Both the position numbers and the translations under genes were made by a program. Below the pieces are notes generated by a model that searched no databases, was not told the DNA's origin, and saw nothing but the letters and a program-made list of their open reading frames with translations. A stretch of DNA of 64,000 bases, taken from NCBI GenBank assembly GCA_016930485.1, contig JAFGGP010000011.1, forward strand, positions 51,196 to 115,195, in the 5' to 3' direction. The stretch is from Candidatus Omnitrophota bacterium. GTDB taxonomy: Bacteria > Omnitrophota > Gorgyraeia > JAFGGP01. Position 1 is the stretch's first letter; the number at the start of each line of letters is the position of its first letter. This document shows positions 48,371-58,514 of the stretch, piece after piece.

Positions 48371-49513
48371 ATGAAAAATGCACAATCACCTGCAAAGGCA
48401 AGGATGAGTGTCCCTCTGGCCGATCTCAAACTGCAGTACCGGGCCATGAAGGATGAGATCGACAGGGCTATTTTTGAGGTTATCGAGGATACAGCGTTTA
48501 TCCTTGGCAAGTATGCCCAGGAATTTGAAAGGGAGTTCGCTGCGTATTGCACGACGAAACATGCCATAGGCGTCTGTTCGGGGACCTCGGCCTTGAGGGT
48601 GGCCCTTTTGAGCAGCGGTATCAAGGCGGGGGATGAGGTAATCACCACCCCCTATACCTTTATTGCCACCGTTGAGGCAATCACTGGCATGGGCGCAAAA
48701 CCGGTCTTTGTGGATATTCAGAAGGATACCTATAATATGAATCCTCGCCATATCGAAGAAAAGATCACCGAGAGGACAAAGGCGATTATCCCGGTCCATA
48801 TCTATGGTCAGCCGTGCGATATGGACCCTATTGTGGCGCTCGGCAGAAAATATAGTCTTACGGTAATCGAGGATGCTGCCCAGGCGCACGGGGCTTACTA
48901 TAACTCCCGCCGCGTAGGTTCGCTTGGTGACTGCGCCTGTTTCAGTTTCTATCCCGGAAAAAATCTCGGTGCCTACGGTGATGCGGGGGGCATTACGACC
49001 GACTCGGACAACCTTGCCCAGGAGGCGCGCCTGTGGCGGGATCACGGCAGAAGCAGCAAGTACTTTCACCAGCGAGAAGGGTTTAACTTCCGATTGGACG
49101 GCATCCAGGCGAACATACTGAAGGCGAAACTTGCCTATCTGGAGGAGTGGAACAGGCGCCGCGGCGAAAACGCAGCGCGCTACAACCGTCTGCTTGCCGA
49201 TATAGACGAGGTAACGACACCGTTCGTTGCCCCCCAGGCCACGCATGTCTATCATCTGTATGTCATAAAGGTGTCTGATAGGGACGCGCTTTTTGATCAT
49301 CTGCGGGCGCATGGTGTAGGCGTAGGCGTACACTATCCAGTACCGCTCCATCTCCAGGAGGCGTACACGCACCTCGGCCTGGGCGAGGGCGCGTTTCCGG
49401 TAGCCGAAGAGTGCGCGCAGTCTGTCTTGTCGCTTCCGGTTTTTCCGGAGCTGACACAGGAGCAGATTGAATATGTTGTTCAGTGTATAAAAGACTTTTA
49501 TACAAAGGGGTGA
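48371..49513 (+). CDS. DegT/DnrJ/EryC1/StrS-family PLP aminotransferase (WbpE/ArnB-like)
   Basis: GVCSGTSALRVALL, DEVITTPYTFIAT, and a PLP-lysine region SFYPGKNLGA. Confidence 0.8.
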   Translation: MKNAQSPAKARMSVPLADLKLQYRAMKDEIDRAIFEVIEDTAFILGKYAQEFEREFAAYCTTKHAIGVCSGTSALRVALLSSGIKAGDEVITTPYTFIATVEAITGMGAKPVFVDIQKDTYNMNPRHIEEKITERTKAIIPVHIYGQPCDMDPIVALGRKYSLTVIEDAAQAHGAYYNSRRVGSLGDCACFSFYPGKNLGAYGDAGGITTDSDNLAQEARLWRDHGRSSKYFHQREGFNFRLDGIQANILKAKLAYLEEWNRRRGENAARYNRLLADIDEVTTPFVAPQATHVYHLYVIKVSDRDALFDHLRAHGVGVGVHYPVPLHLQEAYTHLGLGEGAFPVAEECAQSVLSLPVFPELTQEQIEYVVQCIKDFYTKG

Positions 49514-49517
49514 TATC

Positions 49518-50477
49518 GTGATAACCGGGAAAAGACTGTTTATTACCGGCGGGGCCGGTTTTATCGGGACACATATCATTTCCCGTTTAATCGAGCATAA
49601 CGAGATTGTACTCTTTGACAATCTCAGGAGAAACGCCCTTCAGTATTTCGGGCTTGCCGACCACCCTCATCTGAAGAGCGTTACCGGAGACATTCTGGAC
49701 GCAAAGGCGCTTACCGGGGCCATGACAGGATGTGATCTGGTATTTCATCTGGCCGCGGTCGCGGGGGTTTCTTCATATTACAAAACACCCCTCAAGACCA
49801 TGGAGGTCAACGCCCTGGGGACCTACAATGTACTTACGGCCGCCAAAGAAGCCGGCGCCGGTCTCTTTGTTAACTTTTCGACCAGTGAGGTCTACGGCCC
49901 TGAGGCCGAGTGCGTATCCGAAGAGGATCTGACCAAACAGGGGTCGGTTACCGATAGACGGTGGACCTATTCGGTAAGCAAACTTGCCGCTGAACACCTG
50001 TGTTTTGCCTTTAGTGCCGAAGAGGGACTCCCGGTTATCTCATTCAGGCCCTTTAATGTCTACGGACCGGGGCAGGTGGGTGAGGGGGCCGTACAGATAT
50101 TTTGTCGAAACTGTCTACAAAACAAGGAGTTAGAAATTACCGGAGACGGTTCCCAGGTCCGGGCCTGGTGTTACATCGATGATATGGTCGATGCGGTTCT
50201 TCTGGGTGTGGAAAACAAGAAGGCACTCAACAATACCTTTAATATAGGCAACCCACAGGCGGCATGTACGATCAAGGAGTTGGCCTTACAGGTGATCGAA
50301 CTTTCCGCCTCAGGTTCCCGGATTACCCGTGTTCCGCATCCGGGAACGGATGTCTCGGTGCGCATTCCGGATATATCCAAGGCGCAAACACTGCTTGGTT
50401 TCCTTCCCGCTGTTTCACTCAGGGAAGGGATACAAAGGAGTCTCCAATGGTATGTACAAACCCTGAGGGCATTATGA
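49518..50477 (+). CDS. Extended-SDR NAD-dependent nucleotide-sugar epimerase/dehydratase/decarboxylase
   Basis: GTG start. ITGGAGFIGTH, YSVSK catalytic region. 319 aa. Confidence 0.7.
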   Translation: MITGKRLFITGGAGFIGTHIISRLIEHNEIVLFDNLRRNALQYFGLADHPHLKSVTGDILDAKALTGAMTGCDLVFHLAAVAGVSSYYKTPLKTMEVNALGTYNVLTAAKEAGAGLFVNFSTSEVYGPEAECVSEEDLTKQGSVTDRRWTYSVSKLAAEHLCFAFSAEEGLPVISFRPFNVYGPGQVGEGAVQIFCRNCLQNKELEITGDGSQVRAWCYIDDMVDAVLLGVENKKALNNTFNIGNPQAACTIKELALQVIELSASGSRITRVPHPGTDVSVRIPDISKAQTLLGFLPAVSLREGIQRSLQWYVQTLRAL

Positions 50478-51604
50478 AGATCCCTATCGCAAAGACGCAG
50501 TTTAGTGACAGGGTGGACGCCGAGCTGGTCAAGGTTGTCCGCTCAGGCTGGGTGGCGCAGGGGCCTAAGGTAAAAGAACTGGAAGAAAAACTAGCCGGCT
50601 ATACCGGCGCACGCCATGCGGTTGCCGTAAGTACCGGGACGGCCGCATTGCATCTGGCTATTCTGGCATATGGTCTTACCGAAGGCGATGAGGTCATCAT
50701 GCCTTCCTTCAGTTTTATTGCTACGGCCAATGCGGTTGTCTATGCCGGTCTGCGCCCTGTTTTCTGCGATATCGACCCGGTTACCTATAACATCGACCCT
50801 GATGTGATAGAGACATTAATTACCGAACGTACCCGGGCTATTATGCCGGTACATCAGTTTGGCATGCCATGCGACATGACAAAGATCGCACAGATCGCCG
50901 GCAGACACGATATTAAAATTATTGAGGATGCCGCCTGTGCACTCGGCTCGCTCTATAATGGCGTTCCTATCGGCAAGACGACCGGCATCGCCTGCTTCAG
51001 TTTTCATCCCCGCAAAACAATTACTACCGCCGAGGGGGGCATGATTACTACTGACGACATATCCGTCGCCGACCGCCTGTTTCGGCTGAGAAATCACGGC
51101 GACAACAGCTCAGGGCTCTCTACCGGAAAGTCCCCCGGCTTTCCCGATCAGTACGGCATCCTGGGCTTTAATTACCGCATGAGCGACGTGCATGCGGTGC
51201 TCGGGCTTGATCAGATAGACAGACTGGAGGAGTTTACGGTCTCACGGAATAACATCGCCGCCAGGTACAACGAGCGGTTGCGCGATATGGACTGCCTGCA
51301 GCTTCCGGTAATCCCCGAGGACAACGACAGGTGTAATTTTCAGTCGTATCTCCTCAGGCTCAGAAGCGACGCCCCCCTGAGCAGGGATGAGTTGGTAAGC
51401 AGGCTTTTGGTCAGGGGAATCGGCACAAAACAGGGGATACCACCGATACATTTACAGAGTATTTATACGGAAAAGGTGGGCAGGGTGCGTTTGCCGGTGA
51501 CCGAAGAGGTAGCATACGACTCATTTTTTCTCCCGATATTTCCGGCATTGACGGATCGGGAGTTTGATTACATTATCGGCACCCTTCGAAAAGTGCTTGC
51601 CTGA
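50474..51604 (+). CDS. DegT-family PLP aminotransferase (second copy)
   Basis: ATGA start/stop overlap with the upstream SDR. VAVSTGTAALHLAI, DEVIMPSFSFIATAN, SFHPRKTITTAEGG. Confidence 0.8.
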   Translation: MKIPIAKTQFSDRVDAELVKVVRSGWVAQGPKVKELEEKLAGYTGARHAVAVSTGTAALHLAILAYGLTEGDEVIMPSFSFIATANAVVYAGLRPVFCDIDPVTYNIDPDVIETLITERTRAIMPVHQFGMPCDMTKIAQIAGRHDIKIIEDAACALGSLYNGVPIGKTTGIACFSFHPRKTITTAEGGMITTDDISVADRLFRLRNHGDNSSGLSTGKSPGFPDQYGILGFNYRMSDVHAVLGLDQIDRLEEFTVSRNNIAARYNERLRDMDCLQLPVIPEDNDRCNFQSYLLRLRSDAPLSRDELVSRLLVRGIGTKQGIPPIHLQSIYTEKVGRVRLPVTEEVAYDSFFLPIFPALTDREFDYIIGTLRKVLA

Positions 51605-51764
51605 TGATGGACGCGAACAGATCTATCGGAGAGTATGTTGCGGGAATCGCGTGGCGCCGAACGGTGTACTCTTGGCGGTTCGGGCTACCGGAAAGAGGAG
51701 CCGTTTTTGAATATGACGGGCGTCACCGGCGCGCCGATCAGGACGTTACGGACAAAAGAGGGAT

Positions 51765-54029
51765 ATGAAAAACGATAACACCCGTCCAATCAAAGTGCTT
51801 TGCATCGTACCCTATTCAACCGAAGGGGCCAGCAACCGATATCGGATAGAGCAGTATCTTCCTTTTCTTCGGGAGAGAGGCATCGAGTGCACCCTCAGTG
51901 CATTTGTCAGCCGGCGTTTTTTTTCTATCCTCTATAAAGAAGGAAACGCGCCCCGGAAACTCTGGTATTTTTTAAAGGGCGTTATCAGGCGTATATATGA
52001 TGTATTGCGGGTGCATGCATACGATGTGGTTATCATACACCGCGAGGCATGCCCGTTCGGCCCGCCCGTGTTCGAACGGTTACTCTCGTTTTTTAAAAAA
52101 CCGATTATCTATGATTTTGACGATGCCATCTATCTTCCGAACTATGATCCGGCAAACCGCCTGTACAGTTTTTTTAAATACCCGGCAAAGACCAGAAAAA
52201 TCATCAGGCTTAGCAGTCATGTCATAGTGGCGAATCATTTCCTGAAGCGCTTTGCCGAACAGCACAGCCCCCGCGTTACCGTTATACCTACCTGCGTCGA
52301 CACCGAGAGGTATGCCAGGAGGGGCGGGGAGGCGAAAGGCAAAAAACCGGTAATCGGCTGGGTCGGCTCAAAGACGACCGCGCCGTATCTTACATTGCTT
52401 TACCCTGTACTGCAGCGGTTGGCCAGGGAGTGCGATTTTATCTTTCGGGTTGTGGGCGCATCCGCGCCGATCGTGATCCCGGGGGTTACGGTAGAAAATA
52501 TTCCGTGGTCTCTGGAGAGCGAGTGGGCTTATTTTTCGTCTCTCGATATCGGCGTCTATCCGCTTATCAATGATGAGTGGGCCCGGGGGAAGGCGGCGTT
52601 TAAGGCGATCCTCTATATGTGCGCCGGCATCCCGGTTGTTGCCTCGGGCGTGGGCATGAATGCGGAGGTGGTCAAAGACGGCGAAAACGGTTTTCTTGCC
52701 TCAAGCGCAGATGAATGGTACGAAAAGCTCCTCAGACTTGTACAGGATGAATCACTGCGCAGGAGATTTGCCGAGAGGGGGCGGGATACCGTCGAAAGAC
52801 GCTTTTCCCTGGCGGTTAACGCGCCGTTATTCGCGGATATTATCAGGAACGTGCGCATGCCTGAGAAAACAAACGGGAGGGTCCGCGTGCTTCACCTGAT
52901 TACCGACCTCGATATCGGAGGGACGCCTATCGTGTTAAACGCCCTGCTGGAACACCCCGCCTTTTCCTGCTACGACATATATGTAGGCAGCCTCAAGAGC
53001 CGCTCGGTCATGAGCGTTGCCGATCAGATAGAATCGCGGGGGACGCGCGTCATCTTTTTTGATGCCTATCACTTCAATACACCGCTTATTTTCTGGCGGC
53101 TTTACCTGTTTTTAAGGGATTACCGGATCGACATTATACATTCATGGCTCTTTCACGCGAATATACTGGGCAGGATATGCGGGTGCCTTGCCGGCGTCAA
53201 GGCCGTTATCTCGACCGAGCTGGCGATAGATTTGCAAAAGGGGCCGGTGCGGGTATTTTTGGACAAGGTAACCTCCGCGTTGAGCACGGCGATTATAACA
53301 AATGCCCGGGCGGTCAAGAAGGCCTTGGTACAAAGAGAGGGCATTGATCCCGAGAAGATCACAGTCATTCACAATGGTATCGATTTTCGCCAGTTTCATG
53401 ATACCGGTGCCCGCGAGATAGTGCGAAGTTATCTGGGGTTCAAAAAAGACGATATCGTTCTTATTACCGTAGCCCGACTCCATCCGGTTAAAGGACACGT
53501 ATATCTTATCGATGCGGTCAAGAGGCTTCGTCCGCATATCCCGCGTCTTACCCTGCTTTTTGTCGGTGACGGCCTGTATCGCCGGCACATAGAAAGGAAG
53601 GTGCGCAGGGAGCGGTTGTCAGGGGCCGTGATCTTTGCGGGCGTTGCCCACGACGTAACCTCTTTCTTAGACGCCGCTGATATATTCGTGCTACCCTCCT
53701 TGGAGGAGGGATTTCCCGGGTCTATTCTTGAGGCGATGGCTATGGAAAAGCCGGTTATTGCCTCGCGTATCGGCGGGATACCCGAGATGATCGAGGACGG
53801 CAGGGAAGGGCTGCTGGTCGCACCGCGCGATATCACCGGCCTCGAAGACGCCGTAAGAAAGATAATAGAGGATGAGCATTTTGCGCACGAAATCACCGGT
53901 CATGCCCGCAGGAAGGTCGAACGATTTACTATCGAGTCTATGGCACGGAATATAGAAAAACTGTATGAACAAAACACACGAAAACCCAGGGAGGCGCAGC
54001 ATGATGAGCCCGTTGCATATCACCGTTAA
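51765..54029 (+). CDS. Tandem two-domain GT4 glycosyltransferase (754 aa)
   Basis: Two consecutive GT-B/GT4 modules. The first ends at about ...ERGRDTVERRFSL; the second begins with RVRVLHLITDLDIGGTP and has its E-x7-E region at EEGFPGSILEAMAMEKPVIAS. Confidence 0.7.
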   Translation: MKNDNTRPIKVLCIVPYSTEGASNRYRIEQYLPFLRERGIECTLSAFVSRRFFSILYKEGNAPRKLWYFLKGVIRRIYDVLRVHAYDVVIIHREACPFGPPVFERLLSFFKKPIIYDFDDAIYLPNYDPANRLYSFFKYPAKTRKIIRLSSHVIVANHFLKRFAEQHSPRVTVIPTCVDTERYARRGGEAKGKKPVIGWVGSKTTAPYLTLLYPVLQRLARECDFIFRVVGASAPIVIPGVTVENIPWSLESEWAYFSSLDIGVYPLINDEWARGKAAFKAILYMCAGIPVVASGVGMNAEVVKDGENGFLASSADEWYEKLLRLVQDESLRRRFAERGRDTVERRFSLAVNAPLFADIIRNVRMPEKTNGRVRVLHLITDLDIGGTPIVLNALLEHPAFSCYDIYVGSLKSRSVMSVADQIESRGTRVIFFDAYHFNTPLIFWRLYLFLRDYRIDIIHSWLFHANILGRICGCLAGVKAVISTELAIDLQKGPVRVFLDKVTSALSTAIITNARAVKKALVQREGIDPEKITVIHNGIDFRQFHDTGAREIVRSYLGFKKDDIVLITVARLHPVKGHVYLIDAVKRLRPHIPRLTLLFVGDGLYRRHIERKVRRERLSGAVIFAGVAHDVTSFLDAADIFVLPSLEEGFPGSILEAMAMEKPVIASRIGGIPEMIEDGREGLLVAPRDITGLEDAVRKIIEDEHFAHEITGHARRKVERFTIESMARNIEKLYEQNTRKPREAQHDEPVAYHR

Positions 54030-54282
54030 TATCTTAATCGGCATTATAGTCGGTTTTTTCGCGGATCTGTTTTCCCTGCAGCGGGTCCCTCTGGGTGTGA
54101 TTGCCTTCATGCTGGTCGGCGTCGCGGGTAGTTTTGCAGGGGAGTTTATTGTCAGATTGCTGATAGAGCACGGAAAACTGCTTCCCCTGTTCTACAGCAA
54201 ACATTTTATCGTTATAGAAAATGCCCTCTCGGCATGTATTTTTGTGTATCTCTTTAACCTTATAAAATGGGACTATAGATGA
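54001..54282 (+). CDS. Small GlsB/YeaQ/YmgE-like (transglycosylase-associated) membrane protein
   Basis: 93 aa, three Gly-rich helices (ILIGIIVGFFADLF...VIAFMLVGVAGSFAGEFIV) resembling the YeaQ/YmgE family. Overlaps the end of the upstream GT. Confidence 0.4.
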   Translation: MMSPLHITVNILIGIIVGFFADLFSLQRVPLGVIAFMLVGVAGSFAGEFIVRLLIEHGKLLPLFYSKHFIVIENALSACIFVYLFNLIKWDYR

Positions 54283-55052
54283 AGTTGTATTATAGGGGTT
54301 TACGGCGACTTTTTTTTCGAAAGAACGCGATAATGATTATTGCCGTTCTTGTGCTTTTTGGTATCGCGCACATCCCGGTTACCGAAAAATACGGCGTTAA
54401 TTTCACCTATTACCAGAGGACCATGCCGCTTTACGAAAAGGCGGTGCATTTTATCTCCCGGCATCTCTTATATCGGAGATTGGCGCGTGAGATTACCCTG
54501 CAGGCGACTACTCCCGAAGAGGCCCTCGAGGCTATTTTAGAGTGGATGCGCGACAACATCCATAACGGGATTCCGCAGGGATTGCGGGTGTGTGATGATC
54601 ATATAGCCAGTATTATTATCAGGGGCTATGGGGCCGACGATCAGATTGTGGATGTCTTTTGTGTGCTCTCTACCTACAGCGGCATGCGGGCATCGATGTA
54701 TAAACTTCCGAAATCGGCCGATGGCACATCTTTTCGGGTTGCCGCTATTGTTGAGGTAGACGGCCTCTGGAGGCTTGCCGATCCGAATTATCATCTGATC
54801 TTCAGAGACGAACGTGGAGATCTCATGACATTGAATACCCTTATTGGCGATCCCCACAGCATTGAGAGGTCGCCGTCCCTGGAGGCGCTCCCGGGAGCAA
54901 AAGAGCCTTATCTTATGTATTTTCAATATATTAAGCCCGTCGGCGAAATTAAAACAGTCAGGGCCGAACTGCAGATTCCGTTGAGGCGTTTGCTGTTTGA
55001 GATACGAAAGGCGTTCCGGCTGGAGGACAATCCACCCCTCTTTGTCGGGTAG
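54279..55052 (+). CDS. Hypothetical N-terminally membrane-anchored protein with a weak transglutaminase-like fold signature
   Basis: One TM helix (IMIIAVLVLFGIAHI). Downstream, ...VEVDGLWRLADPNYH resembles the His/Asp region of transglutaminase-like domains, but the canonical Cys position is GAD. Function unknown. Confidence 0.3.
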   Translation: MKLYYRGLRRLFFRKNAIMIIAVLVLFGIAHIPVTEKYGVNFTYYQRTMPLYEKAVHFISRHLLYRRLAREITLQATTPEEALEAILEWMRDNIHNGIPQGLRVCDDHIASIIIRGYGADDQIVDVFCVLSTYSGMRASMYKLPKSADGTSFRVAAIVEVDGLWRLADPNYHLIFRDERGDLMTLNTLIGDPHSIERSPSLEALPGAKEPYLMYFQYIKPVGEIKTVRAELQIPLRRLLFEIRKAFRLEDNPPLFVG

Positions 55053-55062
55053 AAAGGAAACC

Positions 55063-56229
55063 ATGCTTACTATCTGTTCCCCGCAACTGAGCATTGCCCA
55101 TGATGCACATCTAGGGGGCGCGGTGACCGACAGGGAGTTTTTATGCCATCTTGCAAAGAGGGGCTATCATATTAAGGTGTTGCTTCCCGAGGGGGAAAGC
55201 TACAAGTCTGCCGACAATGTGGAGATTATTTTCCTGAAACGGAATATGTTGCTCGATCATTCGTATACGGCCAATTTTTTCTTTCTGAAGACACTTGACC
55301 GGGTGCTCTCCGAGGGTCGTGTAGATATCCTTAGGGTTCATTCACCCTATAGCATCGGTATCGGGGCGAGCCTGTTGAAGACGTTTCGCAGGGAGATGCC
55401 TCCGCTGTGGTTTTCGTTTCTTCATCTCGAAAAGCGATGGGACTGGCACATTCTTGATAAGACGTTACCGTTTTTTGCCGATGGTATTACGGCCTTGAGC
55501 GAAGACACTATGGGCGACTTAAGACGGCGTTTTCCTTATTTGGATAAAAAGATCACGCGGGTTACCCCCTTGGGAATAGACACGGATGTGTTTTTCCGCA
55601 TCGAGAACCCCGTGCTTCACGAACTCAACGGGATTGATACCGCAAAACCGATCGTCCTTTTTGTCGGGTCTCTGATAAAGCGGAAAGGCGTTGACCTTCT
55701 TTTGGAAAGCTGGCCCAAGATAAAAACAATCTGCCCCGATGCCCAGCTGGTTATTGTCGGACAGGGGCCTTCGGAATTTATGATAACGGAATATCTCGAC
55801 AGATATCCGGATATGTACCATGTGCGTTTTTTGACACAGGAACGCCTGGTGCACTATTACTCTACCGCCAGCGTCTTTGCCTTTCCCTCTCGAAAGGAGG
55901 GATTTGGTATGGTAGTGGGGGAGGCCATGAGCTGCGGTGTGCCGGTCGTTGCTTTCCGGACCCACGGGGTGCAGAGGCTGGTTGAGGATGGGCGAAGCGG
56001 ATACATGGTAGATCCTGAGGATGTGGATGTGTTTGCCGAGAAGGTCGGCCATCTCATTCGCCATCCGGAAGATGCCATCCAGATGGGCAACCGGGCACGA
56101 CGGCGCATCGCGAAGGAATTTTCCTGGGACGTTACCATTCTCGAGGTGGAACAGTTTATGACACAGCTTCTCGCACGCCGGAGATACAGGTCGTCACAAT
56201 CGCAGAAGGCATATAGCGCCGCACCATGA
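55063..56229 (+). CDS. GT4-family glycosyltransferase
   Basis: AAAGGAAA RBS. FPSRKEGFGMVVGEAMSCGVPVVA E-x7-E motif. Confidence 0.75.
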   Translation: MLTICSPQLSIAHDAHLGGAVTDREFLCHLAKRGYHIKVLLPEGESYKSADNVEIIFLKRNMLLDHSYTANFFFLKTLDRVLSEGRVDILRVHSPYSIGIGASLLKTFRREMPPLWFSFLHLEKRWDWHILDKTLPFFADGITALSEDTMGDLRRRFPYLDKKITRVTPLGIDTDVFFRIENPVLHELNGIDTAKPIVLFVGSLIKRKGVDLLLESWPKIKTICPDAQLVIVGQGPSEFMITEYLDRYPDMYHVRFLTQERLVHYYSTASVFAFPSRKEGFGMVVGEAMSCGVPVVAFRTHGVQRLVEDGRSGYMVDPEDVDVFAEKVGHLIRHPEDAIQMGNRARRRIAKEFSWDVTILEVEQFMTQLLARRRYRSSQSQKAYSAAP

Positions 56230-57179
56230 CAAACGCCTCTGTACCGTTACATATCGGAGTTATTATAGGCACTCGCAACCGAGTGGCCGCGCTGTTGACG
56301 TGCGTCTCTTCGCTCGTGAGTCAGACGAGAAGACCCGATGAGGTAATCATTATTGATGACGGTGCAATGGATGATACCGGTATCAGAAGGCTCTTCGCCC
56401 GGCACTCGATACGGTATCGGTACGTAAAAAAAGAAGATCACTTCGGCCTGGTCTATTCGCGGAATATGGGTGCGCGGCTGCTTACCTCGGATATCGCCCT
56501 TTTTCTGGACGACGATGTTATTCTGGACCGGGGCTATATCGAGGCGATCCTCAGGGTCTATCAGCAGGATACGGATGGCACGGTGGGGGGCGTCGGCGGA
56601 GTCCTGGTAGACAGAAGGGCAAGCTACGCAAAGAGGCTATTCCTGTGGATTTTCGGACTCTACCGTTTTCACAAAGACGGCCTGATTCTACCGAACGGTT
56701 TCGGGGTTCTTATAAGGGATATCGATCAGATAGAACGCGTGGATTGGCTGAGCGGATGCAATATGAGTTTCCGCAGGGCGGTGGTCGAAGAGTTCCGGTT
56801 TGACGAATCCCTGAGAGACAACGGATGGGGGGATGACAAGGATTTCAGTTACCGGGTAGCGCGGAGGTATACCTTGCTGGCAACGCCGCATGCACGCGTC
56901 GTGCACCTTGAGGATAAAGAAGGCAGGGTTACGAAGAGGGAGTTCGGTTTTATCGAGATATACCATCAGTATGTTTTTTTTCGCAATCATATGTCCAAAT
57001 GCCCCGGTACCTGGCTTGCCTTTTGGTGGGCGCTTACGGGACTTCTTTTGAAGAACCTCCTGACGGCACGCCTCAATCAGGCAGGAGGCAACCTGAGCGC
57101 TATGGCGGCTATCGTAAAAGAAACTATCAGGAAAGGAGACGGCACAGATGTATCTTGCAACACTCAGGCGATACTTTAA
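56226..57179 (+). CDS. GT2-family glycosyltransferase
   Basis: IGVIIGTRNRVAALLTCVSSL...VIIIDDGAMDD GT-A DXD region. Confidence 0.7.
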   Translation: MTNASVPLHIGVIIGTRNRVAALLTCVSSLVSQTRRPDEVIIIDDGAMDDTGIRRLFARHSIRYRYVKKEDHFGLVYSRNMGARLLTSDIALFLDDDVILDRGYIEAILRVYQQDTDGTVGGVGGVLVDRRASYAKRLFLWIFGLYRFHKDGLILPNGFGVLIRDIDQIERVDWLSGCNMSFRRAVVEEFRFDESLRDNGWGDDKDFSYRVARRYTLLATPHARVVHLEDKEGRVTKREFGFIEIYHQYVFFRNHMSKCPGTWLAFWWALTGLLLKNLLTARLNQAGGNLSAMAAIVKETIRKGDGTDVSCNTQAIL

Positions 57180-58467
57180 AAAAAGCTGGCTGGGCATTCC
57201 CCTCGGCGTATGGCTTATTGCGGGTATCGCGCTTGCTCTGAAAGTCACATTTTTAATGACATATCAGAACGGCCGGTTTTTGAAGGAGGTGGTACGCGCG
57301 AGCGACGGACACCATTATTATGCCCTGGCAAAGAATATGCTGACGGGCAAGGGATACGTCTTATGGAACCACCCCAGTTCCTATCGCCCACCGCTCTATC
57401 CGCTTATACTGGTCCTGTCATTTTTTACCTTCGACTACAGCATTGTTGCGGTACGCTTTATCCAGACGGTTCTTTCAGCGGTGACCTGTCTTATGATGTA
57501 CATATTAGGAAAAGAGAGTGTCAATGAACGTATCGGCTTTCTTTCGGCACTCTTCACTATGCTCTATTTTCGGTTTACCTTCTGGTCGATTTACATACTT
57601 ACTGAAACCCTGTATATATTTTTATCGGTGCTTACCATTACATTTCTCATATCTGCGCTCAAGGGCACCTCACGTTTTCGTTTTTTTATGACGGGCATTC
57701 TGTGGGGAATTACCTTTTTATGCCGCCCCGAATTCGGAGGTTTTCTGGTCTTTGTGCTCGGATATATGGCGCTCCGGGAGGGAATTCTGACAAAGGCCTT
57801 TATGCAGCGGGCCTCCCTGTTGGTTATCGGTACCTTGATTGCTATTGCACCCTGGGCTATCCGAAACGCCCTCGTACACCACGCCTTTATCCTGGGTACC
57901 ACGACATTCGGGACCCAGCTGTACGGCGGCAATAGCCCTTACACGACAGGGGGTACCGACGGGTGGGCATCGGTTGGTGTGGATTATGATTTCCCACCCG
58001 GCATTAAACCAAACAGAATGCCCGAGGTCGAGTGTCAATCTATTTTAGTCAAAGAGGCGCTGCAGTACATCCGGGAGAATCCCGGCCGCATCGTACGGAT
58101 ATGGCCGCGGAAACTGCTCAATTTTTACCGCATCTATCCTTCAACCGCCTCGTTGCGGCACAAAATTTTTATGGGGTTTCAGGATGGTTTTCTCTATGTG
58201 TTTACCTTGATCGGTACCGTCGTTGCTTTTCGTCGGTATCCGCTCGCGCGGCTCTTTTTCCTGTACGGGGTGTTCTATACCATTCTTATCACGCTGCTTA
58301 TCTCCGAGCTGCGCTATCGTTTTTACATTACGCCGTTTTGGATCGTGCTTGCGGCAGTGGGCTTTGATGCGGTTTCGGGTCTCTTCAGAAAGAAAAAGAA
58401 GGCCCGAGCGAATACCTCTTCGTTTCATGTCATGACGGCGAATGAGGCTGTAGAGATCTCCAGATGA
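57148..58467 (+). CDS. GT-C fold polytopic membrane glycosyltransferase (PMT_2/ArnT-like)
   Basis: About 11 TM helices. First loop SDGHHYYALAKNM resembles the GT39/PMT_2 loop-1 motif. Confidence 0.5.
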   Translation: MYLATLRRYFKKSWLGIPLGVWLIAGIALALKVTFLMTYQNGRFLKEVVRASDGHHYYALAKNMLTGKGYVLWNHPSSYRPPLYPLILVLSFFTFDYSIVAVRFIQTVLSAVTCLMMYILGKESVNERIGFLSALFTMLYFRFTFWSIYILTETLYIFLSVLTITFLISALKGTSRFRFFMTGILWGITFLCRPEFGGFLVFVLGYMALREGILTKAFMQRASLLVIGTLIAIAPWAIRNALVHHAFILGTTTFGTQLYGGNSPYTTGGTDGWASVGVDYDFPPGIKPNRMPEVECQSILVKEALQYIRENPGRIVRIWPRKLLNFYRIYPSTASLRHKIFMGFQDGFLYVFTLIGTVVAFRRYPLARLFFLYGVFYTILITLLISELRYRFYITPFWIVLAAVGFDAVSGLFRKKKKARANTSSFHVMTANEAVEISR

Positions 58468-58514
58468 GTTATATGTGTATGTAACGGTCCTGTAAGCAGG
58501 GCCTGGGAAAAAAT

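Noticed and set aside
48386-49621. 411-aa minus-strand ORF
   Set aside because: It overlaps the DegT aminotransferase gene (48371..49513) on the opposite strand. The translation is Arg/Leu/Pro-rich with no recognisable domain, typical of a shadow ORF in GC-rich coding DNA.
51605-51764. Possible hairpin or regulatory RNA in the 160-bp gap before the tandem GT4 gene
   Set aside because: The GCCGAACGG...CGGTTCGGG imperfect inverted repeat does not form a clean stem and has no T-run. Insufficient for a terminator or riboswitch call.
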